This document shows, piece by piece, positions 39,951 through 53,414 of a DNA stretch of 64,000 bases (positions are counted from its first letter, which is position 1; every line of letters starts with the position of its first letter). The translations under genes were made by a program, and so were the position numbers. The notes under the pieces are model-generated. The model had not been told where the DNA came from and searched no databases. It saw only the letters and a list, made by a program, of their open reading frames with translations. The DNA comes from Octopus sinensis (lineage: Eukaryota). Where the stretch lies: the NCBI RefSeq assembly GCF_006345805.1, contig NC_043008.1, forward strand, positions 21,762,001-21,826,000. Reading direction: 5' to 3'.

Positions 39951-40580
39951 TATGTGTTGTGTGTTTATATATTAGACGAATCTGATTTTAAATGCAATCT
40001 CAATTATATACATCAGATTTTGTACAACTTTAGATATTTGCTAACATATATTTATTTAAATTAGATTCAAATCAAATAGAATCTTTTCTAGAATTTATTT
40101 GACTTTTGCATTTTTGAAAAAATATTCCGTTCCATGACACATTACATTACATCCTTTTTGTGAGAAGCGTAAATAATTTTTACTTAAGAAACCGTGGCGT
40201 CTTCGAAATAAATGTGTTTTTAAATTTTAGATGGATGTATAATACAGCGATCGAATGTTTTCTTATTTCTATCGCCATTAACAGAATAACGGATAAGACA
40301 GAAATGAAAGCTATTAATTACAAAGAAAAGAGCATATATTTTGCCAGAAGATGACTCAGAATTAAAGAATGAAGGGAAAAAGAAAACTAATAGCAAATTT
40401 CCGTTACGAGTTCAAATAGCGCCATACTGGATATTTATTACTTTTCTTTTGGTTTCTAAGTGGCCGAATCTGAGTTGGAATAGCAGTATTTATGGCCTTT
40501 TTCAGGACTTCTGTGATTGGTGGGCGTAAAGGAAGAAGAGAAGAAGAGTAAATGTCATCCTCAGACCCAACACTAACCCG

Positions 40581-40770
40581 AATTCAATTCAATTCAATTT
40601 TTATTGGCTCAAAAAGCAAAAGCAAGGCCATGTAGGGGGACAGGGAGTTATGTACAGAGAGGGTGGTCATACAAAGAGTTCAAGCCATTTCTGGTCAAGA
40701 GAGACTTTGAACCGAGCGGTCATCGGCATCTTCACTATCTCGTCCGGCAGCTTATTCCACGGATCCGAAT
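40581..40770 (-). mobile_element. CR1-like LINE extreme 3' end
   Basis: DPWNKLPDEIVKMPMTARFKVSLDQKWLELFV*, then short UTR, aataaa and an (attga)n tail. Confidence 0.8.
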
Positions 40771-40829
40771 GTTTGCAACAAATTGTATTCGACTCATTGT
40801 ACTCAAAATTTAAGTGTTACTGTTAACCC

Positions 40830-41400
40830 AGGTGATGAATTACATCGACCCCACAGTTCAGTTGGTACTTATTTTATCGACTCTGAAAGGACGATGGGCA
40901 AATTCGACCTTGACGGAATTTGAACTCAGAACCTAAAGACGGACGAAATGCTGTTAAGCATTTGGCCCGGCGCGCTAACGATTCTTATTTCTTTACTGCC
41001 CACAAGGAGCTAAACACAGAGAGGAGAAACAAGGACAGACAAAGGGATTAAGTCGATTACATCGACCCCAGTGCGTAACTGGTACTTAATTTATCGACCC
41101 CGAAAGGATGAAAGGCGAAGTCGACCTCGGTGGAATTGGAACTCAGAACGTAACGGCAGACGAAATACCTATTTCTTTACTACCCACAAGGGGCTAAACA
41201 CAGAGGGAACAAACAAGGACAGACAAACGGATTAAGTGGATTACATCGACCCCTGTGCGTAACTGGTACATAATTTATCGACCCCGAAAGAATGAAAGGC
41301 AAAGTCGAACTCGGCGGTATTTGAACTCAGAACGTAACGGCAGACGAAATACAGCTACGCATTTCGCCCGGTGTGCTAACGTTTCTGCCAGCTCGCCGTC
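40830..41400 (-). mobile_element. Stack of three family A SINE units
   Basis: Same junctions as 23835-24450. Confidence 0.9.
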
Positions 41401-42278
41401 TTAGTACAGACAGTAGTATTGTCATGTATTTTGTGAGACACAAATTACAATTTGTGAGATGTAATTATGCCACCTTTCTTAACAAAGAAAACAAAAAAAC
41501 CCCCACCAACTAGTTTTCATTTCTATATCTGAATTCAAAATGTTGGCATGTTTGCTCTAATGTCTCGTTAATCCACTTGCAGGGACACCATTTATAAAAT
41601 CAATTTCTTGTAGTCTGTTCAGAACAATTCCACCTGAAGGAGATCCATCATTGTGTATTTTAGCTTAGCCCTGCAAAATAACCAAACCAAACACACATAA
41701 ATCATTCACGTACATATAATTCTTGCTGCTTGCATCTATTAATATGAGCGGTACGGTGGAAGGAAACCGTTGACAGTCTCTTCGAAGTTTCGGTTTGGTT
41801 GTCGTCGTCAGACCGTATGATTACTACAGGCAAGCTGTCATCTCTGCTAATCTTCTGCTGGTAAAAATTAATGAGTATCAACTCTACTGAAACCTACTGT
41901 GTTATGCTTCAGTTTAATGTTAAATTAATCCTAAACATAACTTCTCATGAAAACAAACATACATATATGTGAGAGTGTACGTGTGTATATTTGCATACAC
42001 ATATGTATTATATATATATGCATATATAAATCTATGTGTATATTAGTCTGTATGTGTGTGTATGTGTATATGTGTGTTTATATATATATGTTTATTAGTT
42101 CTTGTATATACCAATTCAAAACAGTAAATCGAGCCGCTTTTTCTTTACATCAAATGTTAATTATGCCAGAGTATGTAAAATAAATATCAGATCCCAGTAC
42201 TAACGAAGTCCTGGGATCGATACGATCAACTTAAATAATGATGATGACAATGATGATGATGAGGAGGATGATGATAAA

Positions 42279-42360
<82 letters not shown>

Positions 42361-42451
42361 TTAAATAATAATAATAATAATAATATAATAATAATTATAA
42401 TAATAATAAAATAATAATAATATAATAATAATATAATAATAATATTAATAA

Positions 42452-42590
42452 TAGGCACTGCACACATCCTACGCAGAACACTTTCCATACAATAACCATC
42501 AAAGTATCACAACAAATCACAGCACATACCTAAGGCACACAGAGCTGCGCTCGGTAGTGAAGTGAAAGCACTCTATAAAAAATAAAACTA

Positions 42591-42595
<5 letters not shown>
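42452..42595 (+). mobile_element. Very short 5'-truncated Dong-like LINE
   Basis: Near identical to 43922-44068; (TAA)n on both sides. Confidence 0.9.
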
Positions 42596-42630
<35 letters not shown>

Positions 42631-42646
42631 TAATAATAATAATAAT

Positions 42647-44064
42647 GATAAAATAGATATAAGACACACACACACAAATGAAAGAGAAAATAAAAAAAGA
42701 ATATTATAGACGAGTTAGATCAATACTAAACACAGAGCTCAATGCTAAAAACAAGATAATAGGTATCAACACTTTAGCTGTCCCAGTTATAAGTTACAGC
42801 TACAATATCCTTAACTGGACACGAAATGAACTGACCAAAATAGATAGGAAACAAAAAATAATGACAGGATCTAGGATGCATCACCCAAAATCTGACATAG
42901 AAAGACTATATATACAACGTATAGAAGGTGGTAGAGGCTTTATACAGCTGGAAACTACTATAAAATAACCACCATAGGACTGCAAAAATATCTACTTCAG
43001 AAGGAAGGAAACTGATCCAGATAGCGGCAAAACACGAGCAAAACAAAAAACTGTTCTCAGTATTTAAGGAAGCTGACAAATACAAACAAGAAATCATACC
43101 ACCTAATAAACATGAAGAAGAAGAAGAAATGAAGAAACAACAAAAGCTATAAAACAAATGAAATCCAAACTAAAAATAGAACAGCAACGAACCATGATAA
43201 AACGATGGCAAGAAAAGCCCCTTCATGGTAAATACTGGACTAAACTAAACGCAAAAGAAATAGACAAAGAAAAATCCCAGCAATGGTTGAGAAGCTCAGG
43301 ACTCAAAGCAGAAACAGAGCGATTTTTAATTGCAGCACAGACCAAAGCCTCCCCACCAGAAATTACCAAAACATGTAATGAAAAGAAATATTACAGTAAC
43401 TGCAGAATATGTGGAGATGGACAAGAAACAATAAATCATATTATCTCTAGCTGCCCAGTCCTGGCTAAGAAGGAATATATTCACAGACATGACAGAGTTG
43501 GAACCTACATACATTGGAAGCTATGCCAACATTATGGAATAACAACAGAAAAAAGATGGTATAGGCACACACCAGAAAAGGTCACAGAAAACGAGAAAGC
43601 AACCATACTCTGGTATATGCCGATACACACAGATAGAGAAATTAAGGCCAACAGACCAGATATAGTTGTCAGAGACCATGAAGAAAAAAATGCTTTCTAA
43701 TTGATGTATCAATACCGGCTGATAACAACGTGTCTCTAAAAGAAATGGAGAAACTCTCAAAATACAAAGACCTGGAAATAGAGGTAACTAGAATGTGAAT
43801 CTGAAAACAAAAATTCCTATCATAGTAGGTGCATTAGGCATGATAAAAAAATATTCAGACAAATACATAACAAAAAGACCAGGACTTACAAACACATATA
43901 ACATACAGAAAATTGCACTACTAGGCACTGCACACATCCTACGCAGAACACTTTCCATACAATACCATCAGAGCATCACAACAAATCACAGCACATACCC
44001 AAGGCACACAGAGCTGCGCTCGGTAGTGAAGTGAAAGCACGCTATAAAAATAAAAATAAAACTA

Positions 44065-44068
<4 letters not shown>
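42647..44068 (+). mobile_element. Young 5'-truncated R4/Dong-like LINE in (TAA)n
   Basis: Frameshifted ORF: thumb/linker (HPKSDIERLYIQRIEGGRG), CCHC knuckle CRICGDGQETINHIISSC, RHD motif, RLE motif RPDIVV..IDVSIP..KYKDL; flanked by (TAA)n, the known Dong target. Confidence 0.92.
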
Positions 44069-44097
<29 letters not shown>

Positions 44098-44115
44098 TAT
44101 AATTATAATTATAAT

Positions 44116-44205
<90 letters not shown>

Positions 44206-45124
44206 TATCATAAACTCGAAATGTTTTCTCCAGCAAGGCTGCAATGTCACAATCTTATGGCTCAAACTCGTTTAAGAGAATAAAAGAATCCAAGAATATT
44301 GGTGAAGTGTTATCACATTAGACATGTCCGGACCACGCACATTAGCATAAGGAGAATGATATACGATCGTAAACTAAATTTAATCAAATGAATTCTGTCT
44401 GTTATGGAGTCAAAGAATTTTAATATGCCTTGGACTGGAATAAGCCGGAAGCCTAATTCACGAATAATTATTTCTTCTGGCGAACATTTAAGTGATCAAA
44501 ACACGACCAGGTATTTTAATTAGTTATTAATTAATATTAAGGTCTTTCTCTTTATTTATTTCTCTCCCCCTCTCTTCCTATCTATGTTTCTCTCTTTTTC
44601 TTTTTCACTCCTTCTTACACTTTCTCTAATTGTCTGAACTTGAGAATAATTACAATTTAATAATCATATACTCTGTGTGCGTACGTTTCTGTGTAAAAAT
44701 GTGAGTGTAGGCTTATATATATGTGTGTAAGTAATTGTGTTTGTGTGTAATAGCGTTGATATACTCGAATACACCATACTCTTCAAATATGAGGCCTTGA
44801 ATCCAAATTACAAACAACTATATACACGCACGCGTGCAGCCACCCATACCCTTTATATATGAGTAAATAAGTCGTCAGGTGTAACTTCTTCAATTGATTG
44901 CATCAACCATCTTCAATTTTTTTTCTCGTTTTTTTTTTTTTCATTTTCTCACCTTTTAATTTTTACAATACATCTAACGTATAAACAAAGCCTGGAAAAT
45001 TGCTTGGAGATACAAGGCGTACTTTATAGATATGCCTATTTAAGGTATCATAAAAGCACGACGCTAATAGTAGCTCTTTCGGTATGTGCATTATTAAATT
45101 GATATACGTACATACATTTACATG

Positions 45125-45307
45125 ATAGATCGCTAGCCACTACACATTCTTTATTTTCTCTCCTTCTTTCTTTCTGTGTTCTCCTCTGTGGAAAAGCCTA
45201 GGCTCGAAACCTTTAAAACTTTTTTCACTTCCCGACCGTCATACTAATACATCTGCTTGTTGCCTACACCTGTCTTCGTCTTTTGGTTTTTTGTGTGAAT
45301 TCTCTAC
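45125..45307 (+). mobile_element. Diverged copy of the 10915-11120 element with decayed hammerhead (45181-45218)
   Basis: ctgtgga-a-aagc(ctag)gctc-gaaac, plus shared flanks (tactaatacat..cacctgtcttcgtctttt). Confidence 0.6.
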
Positions 45308-45313
45308 ATATAC

Positions 45314-45383
<70 letters not shown>

Positions 45384-45684
45384 AAAAGAACTAGTTTTAA
45401 ATCTCTGATTGAGATCTATGTAATAACAGTGCTGGTACTGCCAACGACTAGAAGGGAGCAGTGATCTCCCTTGCTTACAGTATATCTCGGACACAGATCA
45501 CGTGTCGATAAATCAACTGGAAAAGATGTTTTCCCGGTGTTAAGAAGTAGTAACATAGCCTTAGTCAGGACAGCCACGTTATGTTGGAAAATACACTTTA
45601 CTATCCAATGCTGTTTACAATAATATGTTGTTGTTGTTATGCTTATATTCACAGAGAAAGGGAGAGATAGACATATATAGATAT

Positions 45685-46188
45685 TCAGGATCTTTTCCTT
45701 TTGAACGGCAGACAATTTCTAGTTAACTAAACACTTTAAAACTTCGTATACTAGTAGAATGTGTCAAAATAAAACATTTTTTCTCTTGGCTTTCTTGAGA
45801 AAATTGTAATTTGTTTGTTCAACGTAGTTTAATTTTTCGAATTTTAACCAATCCTATGCTCTCTTTTGAGCTAAAATCATTTGCTGCGTCTAAAACTGAG
45901 ACAACATCCTGTCACTACCCCTCAACCTAACCCTAACCCTAGTGACAAGATGTTGTCTCAGTTTTAGACGCAGCAAATGATTTTAGTTCAATGGAGGTAA
46001 TCGATTGGTTAAAATTGCTGAAATGCTCGGATTTTCAGACGAAATATCTTACAAACTATAGAATTTTCTCAATAAAACCAAGTGAAAATGATGTTTTATA
46101 AACCCATTCTACCAGTATACGAAGTTTAAAACTTTTTAGTTACCTGGAAATTATGTTGCAAACTGCTGTTCAAAAGGAAAAGATATGA
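45685..46188. mobile_element. ~500-bp foldback MITE with a telomere-like (TAACCC) spacer
   Basis: Termini atcttttccttttgaacggcag / ctgctgttcaaaaggaaaagat; near-perfect inner arms around 45918-45939. Confidence 0.85.
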
Positions 46189-46727
46189 TATTCATACACG
46201 CGTGTGAGTGTGTGTAGGTATGGGTGTGTGGGTGTGTGCGTGCGTGGCGTGTGTGTGCCTGAAAAGATATTAACTACGCATGAAATTCTTTAAGAAAAGA
46301 TATTAACCCAGGCCAGATGGAAGTTTTGGTGTAAGCGCTTTTCCGTTGTATTCATCTTTTCAAACACGCGTATTTTAAAAGCTGAATCACACACATAAAT
46401 ACATATACATACATACATTTAGTTATACATGCATCCTTACATATATACATAAATTAATTCCTTCATTCATTCATACATACAAACATACATACAAACATAC
46501 ATAATACATACATACATACATACATACATAAACATACATACATACATGCAAACTTACATACATACATACATACGTACATACAAACATACATACATACATA
46601 CAAACATACATACATATGTACATATATACATACATACATACATACAAACATACATACATACATACATACAAACATACATACATACATACATACATACATA
46701 CCTACCTACCTACCTACCTACTTACCT

Positions 46728-46950
46728 ATTTCTTTACTACCCACAAGGGGCTAAACACAGAGAGGACAAACAAGGAGAGACAAACGGATTAAGTCGATTG
46801 TATCGACTCCAGTGTGTAACTGGTACTTATTTAATCAACCCCGAAAGGATGAAAGGCAAAGTCGACCTCAGCGGAATTTGAACTCAGAACGTAGCGGCAG
46901 ACGAAATACGGCTATGCATTTCGCCCGACGTGCTAACGTTTCTGCCAAGC
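46728..46950 (-). mobile_element. SINE family A in a (TACA)n/(CCTA)n tract
   Basis: Full A body. Confidence 0.9.
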
Positions 46951-47344
46951 TCACTGCTTTACATACATACATATATACCGATGTATTTACAGAAACAGAC
47001 GATTAAATGGAATTGGTTATTATTTCCTTACAGGTGTTGTATGAGAGTTAAAGTAATTAAATGAATGCGTGTGTATAATATTGTCTTACGGCTGAAGAGC
47101 TACTTAAGGGGAAACAATTCATATTAAAAATGAAGTAGATCGTACAAGTAATTCTGGAACTATCAAATTTATTTACATTTCATAGGTATGAAGTGAGAAA
47201 TGATTGGATCTAGGAATGATTGTTCATCACACAGGGATTTCTGTTTTCGTCTTTCCCTAAGAGGCACAAACCACTTAGGGAAAATCAATATAGTGAAGCA
47301 CTTGTAGAGGGAAATTCACCCGCAGCAATATGCTATTATCCTGA

Positions 47345-47517
47345 TATATATATGTGTGTGTGTGTGTTTGTATGTATATATACATATATATATATACATA
47401 TACATATTTACATATATATATATATATGTATATATTTTAATATATATGTATATATATATATGTATATATATATGTATATATTTATATATATATATATATG
47501 TATAATATATATGTATA

Positions 47518-47560
<43 letters not shown>

Positions 47561-47628
47561 ATTTATATATATATTATATATATATATATATGTACATATA
47601 TATATATTATATATATACATATATATGT

Positions 47629-47681
<53 letters not shown>

Positions 47682-47800
47682 TAATATATATATAATATAT
47701 ATATATATATACATACATATATATGTATATATATAATATATATATGTACATATATATATATACATATATATGTATATATATGCACATATATGTATGTGTG
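47345..47800. repeat. (TA)n-rich microsatellite
   Basis: Direct. Confidence 0.95.
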
Positions 47801-47954
47801 TTGAGTTTGTGTATGTGGGAAGTATGATCAAAGGTATTGTTCTTCGCAAAAGATAATATAGCATGCATTCAAAATAAAGTGCATCTTTTTTCAGACTTGA
47901 ACTCATCATCAATTCATCGTTCTAATTACCAAATAAGTATGATTATAATTCTAT

Positions 47955-48600
47955 CTGTTTATCTATCTATCTGTCTGTTTGTATGTCTGTCGGTCGGTTT
48001 GTCTGTCTGTCTGTCTGTCGGTTTGTGTGTATGTCGGTCGGTTTGTGTGTCTGTCGGTCGGTTTTATCTGTCTGTCTATCGGGTTGTCTGTCTGTCTGTC
48101 TGTCTGTCGGTCGGGTTATCTGTCTGTCAGTCGGTTTGATCTGTCTGTCTGTCGGTCGGGTTGTCTGTCTGTCAGTCGGTTTGTCTGTCTGTCGGTCGGT
48201 TTGTCTGTCTGTCTATCGGTTTGTCTGTCTGTCTGTCGGTCGGGTGTGTCTGTCGGTCGGTTTGTCAGTCTGTCGGTTTGTGTGTCTGTCGGTCGGTTTG
48301 TCTGTCGGTCGGTTTGTCTGTCTGTCGGTTGCGTTGTCTGTCTGTCGGTCGGTTTGTCTGTCTGTCGGTCTATCCATTCGCCTGTCTGTCTATCTATTCT
48401 CTCTCTATATATATGTATGTATCTATCTATCTATCTATATATATATATCTTTCTATTCACATATCCATCTATCTATCGATCTATCTCCCTCTCTTTCTCG
48501 CTGTCTCTTCCTCTCTCTTTCTATCTATCTTTTTATCTATCTATCTATCTATCTATCAATCTATCTTTATATATATTTATGTATCGATCTCTCTGTCTAG
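47955..48600. repeat. Degenerate (GTCT/GTCG)n then (TATC)n tetranucleotide repeat
   Basis: Direct; source of the SVCL/SVGR ORFs. Confidence 0.92.
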
Positions 48601-48764
48601 TTGTCTATATATGTGTACATGCATACAAAATACATACCAACATGCATACTTACAAACAGAAATGCATTTTAGCATTAACTGACTTAAAATTGGAGACGTG
48701 ACTCAAATGTTTAGAGTGGCATTTAGGAATTTTCAACTGTTTAACAATAATATGTATATATATT

Positions 48765-49110
48765 GTGTGAAGGCGCATGGCTCAGTGGTTAGAGCGTCGA
48801 GCTTACGATCGTGAGGTTGTGAGCTCGAATCCCGGACCGGGCTGCGTGTTGTGTTCTCGAGCAAGGCACTTTATTTCACGTTGCTCCAGTTCACTCAGCT
48901 GTAGAAATGAGTTGCGACGTCACAGGTGCCAAGCTGTATCGGCCTTTGTCTTTCCCTTGGATAACACTGGTGGCGTGGAGAGGGGAGGCTGGTATGCATG
49001 GGCGACTGCTGGCCTTCCATAAACAACCTTGCCCGGACTTGTGTCTAGGAGGGTAACTTTCTAGGTGCAATCCCATGGTCATTCATGACCGAAGGGGGTC
49101 TTTACCCTTT
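48765..49110 (+). mobile_element. SINE family E, full length
   Basis: A box tggctcagtgg, B-box-like gctcgaatccc, central block shared with family C. Confidence 0.9.
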
Positions 49111-49406
49111 ATATTGTGTTCCATTAAACCTATATACATATATGCATTTATGTATATATGTATGTATATATGCATGTATGTATGTATTTACGTTTCTATG
49201 TATGTATATATGTACATGTATTTATGTATATTTATCTATATATACAACTGATAAAGTCATAAGTTCTTATGTAATTTATTACTTGTAATCTTCTATATGT
49301 CAAAACTTTATAGTAACTAGTAGGAAATTTAAGCTATATTGGTATTTTCAGCAGATATAATATATATATGTATGTATGTATTTATGTATGTGTGTATACA
49401 TACATA

Positions 49407-49454
<48 letters not shown>

Positions 49455-49587
49455 ATATATGTATATATGTATAAATAGGTATATATATATGTGTGTGTGT
49501 GTATGTGTATTTATATATATATATATTAAACGTTTATTTCTAAATAAAATTCATCAATTTACCTATTTAAATCTTTATATATATATG

Positions 49588-49620
<33 letters not shown>

Positions 49621-50506
49621 TGAGATACATACATGCATACATATAGATTGATAGGTAGATGCCCAGGTATATATACATAACCACATATATGCGAAAAAAA
49701 TATTTAAATATGTACATAGGTAAACACTTCTTTATAAATTCACGCCAGCACACAGACTTCCACAGATACTCTTACCTCCTCCATATGTGTGTGTGTGGTG
49801 TGTGTGTGTGTGTGCGCGCTGCTGAGTGTATGTGTTTAAAACATATTTCATGGATCACTTTCATAGCTATTTACTCCAAAATTCATTTTCTTAATGTATT
49901 TTCACAAAATAAAACCCCAAAATATCAAACAATATGTGACACTAAGAATTGCTTTCACTGCAGTTGACGATGTACTCTGGTAGATGAGTACCAGCGTACG
50001 TCGACACAACGAACAACTTTTATTTATTATTACTAACTTTTAATATCTCGAAAGTTTTGTCTCGCAAGTTTGTTTCTTTTGGATAAATTGAAAAATTGCT
50101 GTCATTGTCGTTCAATTCCAACTGCGAACGCGACAGGATTGATTGAAAGAAGAAACACAGTTTTGTGTTGTCCGGTAATGTTTTTATTAAAATATTGTTA
50201 TTTATTTCTACTTCGAAATGTCATTCAGTTAGATGCGTGGTTCAGACTTCAATTTGTTAATGTATATATATATATTTTTTTGTTTTTTAAATTGTGAAGT
50301 TACCTGCTGCTTCAGAGTTCATATCTTAATGTACCTTGACGTATAGCTCTATGATATACAGATATATATACAGAACGTCATTATTTTATTAATATTGATA
50401 TAAATACATAATTATATATATATATATATATATATACTTGTATATATATATATATTATATATATATATATATATATAATATATATATATATAAATATACT
50501 TATATG

Positions 50507-50603
<97 letters not shown>

Positions 50604-51022
50604 ATATATGATGCCATCTTCGATACTGATTTACTGATTAGTTCTAAGTTTTTGCAAACACCAATACTGTAAGTATGAATGCATGTGTCTATAGAAATAT
50701 CTATGCATTGGTGTTTGCTAAAATTAATCAGTATCTTAGAAGAAATTTGAGATTTGTTGTATGTTGAACCAAACCCACAGAACGGTCCTGCCCCATACAC
50801 AATATGTGTATGTATGTAGACATATATATATATATAAAACTAAATAATAACTTATAATATTTTCTTGCCCGATTTGAAGCAACAATTTATAAATACAAAT
50901 GACTGAAAAATGCTGAGCTAACCCCGGTCACAATCAAACCCACAAATCAATGCTCACGCGGCTCCTTGCGCATCCGATTCGCCAAACAATATGATGCATG
51001 GAAACTATGATGGAAGCCCGTC

Positions 51023-51058
<36 letters not shown>

Positions 51059-51190
51059 TTAAAATTAAGGATAAAATCTTTATAAGAAATTATCAGTAGT
51101 TAGCGTGAAAAACCTCGTAAGAGGAAAAATCTGTAAATTTTTCCACTTTGAAAATATTTATTTATATTATATAGAGGGTACTATTATTCA

Positions 51191-51252
51191 TTGCACTGAA
51201 GAGCATAGAATGCATATTCTGCATTGATTGCGAAATCACAGGTGATATGTAA
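51191..51252 (+). ncRNA. Type I hammerhead ribozyme motif, copy 1
   Basis: UUGCA-CUGAAGA-GCA(23 nt)UGC-GAA-AUCA(CAGG)UGAU-A-UGUAA: intact core, all three helices pair; predicted cleavage after 51247. Confidence 0.8.
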
Positions 51253-51684
51253 CTAAATTCTGTTTTTAAATGACTTGCTTTGAAGTTTTGCATTCGGTGC
51301 AATTTGTTTATTTTAGTAGTTTTGACTGCAAGAGTCCCTACTAGCGTGCGGTACCAATGAATAATAGTACCCTCTATATACTATAAATAAATATTTTCAA
51401 AGTGGAAAAATTTACAGATTTTTCCTCTTACGAGGTTTTTCACGCTAACTACTGATAATTTCTTATAAAGATTTTATCCTTAATTTTAAATTTATATTTT
51501 TCTCCTGAATAGTTCAATACTGAATTTTTGTTCCGAATAGGCAGATTGTTACCGAAATGCATTGCAAATAAGCCCGCCATTTTCATAGATATGTAAAGAT
51601 AAACATTCGTGCATGCTACGACGAATTCTACGGTTGGCTGTCGGGTGTGCTATATTGTGTTTTTTCCTTACATGTCTTGAGTTC

Positions 51685-51748
51685 GTTGCACTGAAGAGCA
51701 TAGAATGCATATTCTGCATTGATTGCGAAATCACAGGTAATATGTAAC
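51685..51748 (+). ncRNA. Type I hammerhead ribozyme motif, copy 2
   Basis: Same fold with 6-bp stem I (GUUGCA/UGUAAC) and one C-A mismatch in helix III; predicted cleavage after 51742. Confidence 0.75.
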
Positions 51749-52912
51749 TAAATTCTGTTTTTAAATGACTTGCTTTGAAGTTTTGCATTCGGTGCAATTT
51801 GTTTATTTTAGTAGTTTTGACTGCAAGAGTCCCTCCTAGCGTGCGGTACCTATGAATAATAGTACCCTCTATATAATATAAATATATATATATATACATA
51901 TATATATACATATATATGCGCGTGCTGGTGTGTGTGTGTGTACATGTATTTGTGCTTCATTGTGTTTATGTTTGTTCTCTGTTCTCTCCTCCACCATCGC
52001 TTGACAACCAGTGTTGATTTCTTTACTTCCCGTCAGCTAGTAGCTCGACCTAAGAGATTTATAGAAAAGTAACCATATTTAAAAATAAGAACTGGTGGCA
52101 ATTAATCTAAGTTGTTCAGGATGGCGGCCCATCATGACCGCAGTTGAATGGCTCAAATGAAAGAAGTCTACTTCACCTTCTTTATATGTATTGAATAATT
52201 ATCACTTACGCCTTCATTGTGAACACTGTTAGGGAATTCCTTTACTTTCGTACTCTTCTTTTCCTTTCACAGTTTCATTTCATATTTTCTATCAACCGAA
52301 CTAGACATTCCGTGTTTTCATTTGCAGCAGCATGCTTTGTTTTATTTTTTTTTATGCTGCAATTACCCATCCATTTCAAATTACTTTTCTTGAATTTCTC
52401 TTAACATAAACCTTGTGCATTGGGCCACTCGTAAGAGGGTAGACTACATTTTGTTGTGATCGTAATTTTAACTCCCATCAATAAAATTTGACTTGCCGCT
52501 TAAGTCGTTTAAATCAAGCAGATACATCATTTCAGCAGCGTCACATCATCTCAGTATAATAAACAACAGCACAAAGAAAGATAAATCTTGTAGTTGCAAG
52601 CATCGTTTATGTTAACGATCAAATGTAGGTTTCCCTTTTATGGACGATTCACAACAATTGATATCCTCCATTAATATTTTCATTAAAAAGATGTCCCGCG
52701 CATAGTTTTCTCTAGTGCTAGATATAAATGAGCTGTGTGTGTAAATGCACGCAGCCTAGTGATTAGAGAGCGTTATGTTCACGATCACAATGTCGTGGGT
52801 TTCATTCCCGAACCGGGTAGCACGGTCTGATATTGAGCAAGGCATTTAATTATATTAATGAACTCATGTGTTTTAATAGGTCTTCTAGGTCCACTAACAC
52901 TTAGGTAAAGAC

Positions 52913-53142
52913 AAGGCGAGCTGGCAGAGACGCTAGCACGCCGGGCGAAATGCTTAACGGTATTTCGTCTGTTGCTACGTTCTGAGTTCAAATTCCGCCG
53001 AGGTTGATTTAGCCTTTCATCCTTTCGGGGTCGATTAAATAAGTACCAGTTACGTACTGGGATCGATGCAATCGACTTAATCCCTTTGGCTGTTCTTGTT
53101 TGTTCCCTCTATGTTTAGCTCCTTGTGGACAGTAAAGAAATA
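52913..53142 (+). mobile_element. SINE family A
   Basis: Full A body. Confidence 0.9.
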
Positions 53143-53414
53143 AGAGACATGGTCGTCACACCTGCCTGGGCACCCAGAAAGTAAAGAACCAAAGCAAAGA
53201 CAACCAAGCATTTCATCCAACTTTCTGACACTTCCGCCAATCCATCGTTTTTGGTTGGTACTTTATTTTTCGACCCCAAAAACTGAAGCTTACAGAATTT
53301 GAACTTCTTACGAAAAGGTTGCCACAACAATTATTAGAGTGCATTCTTTTCCACGCTCTAATGGTTCTGATAGCTTTTAACCTTTTCTCTAAATTATAAA
53401 TATTCCACTTATTC

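Larger units (their letters stand above)
51051..51884 (+). mobile_element. Penelope-like/retrozyme-like non-autonomous element: inverted arm, then 495-nt unit with direct repeats
   Basis: 51051-51193 is the reverse complement of 51355-51497; 51191-51389 is directly repeated at 51686-51884; inserted in the (TA)n of a decayed B-type SINE. Confidence 0.85.

Noticed and set aside
47092-47120. ctgaaga...gaaac
   Set aside because: No stem II or stem I pairing.
48765-48840. tRNA-like sequences here and at 7900-7978, 20845-20915 and 37130-37210
   Set aside because: SINE heads with imperfect stems that continue into SINE bodies; not called as tRNA genes.
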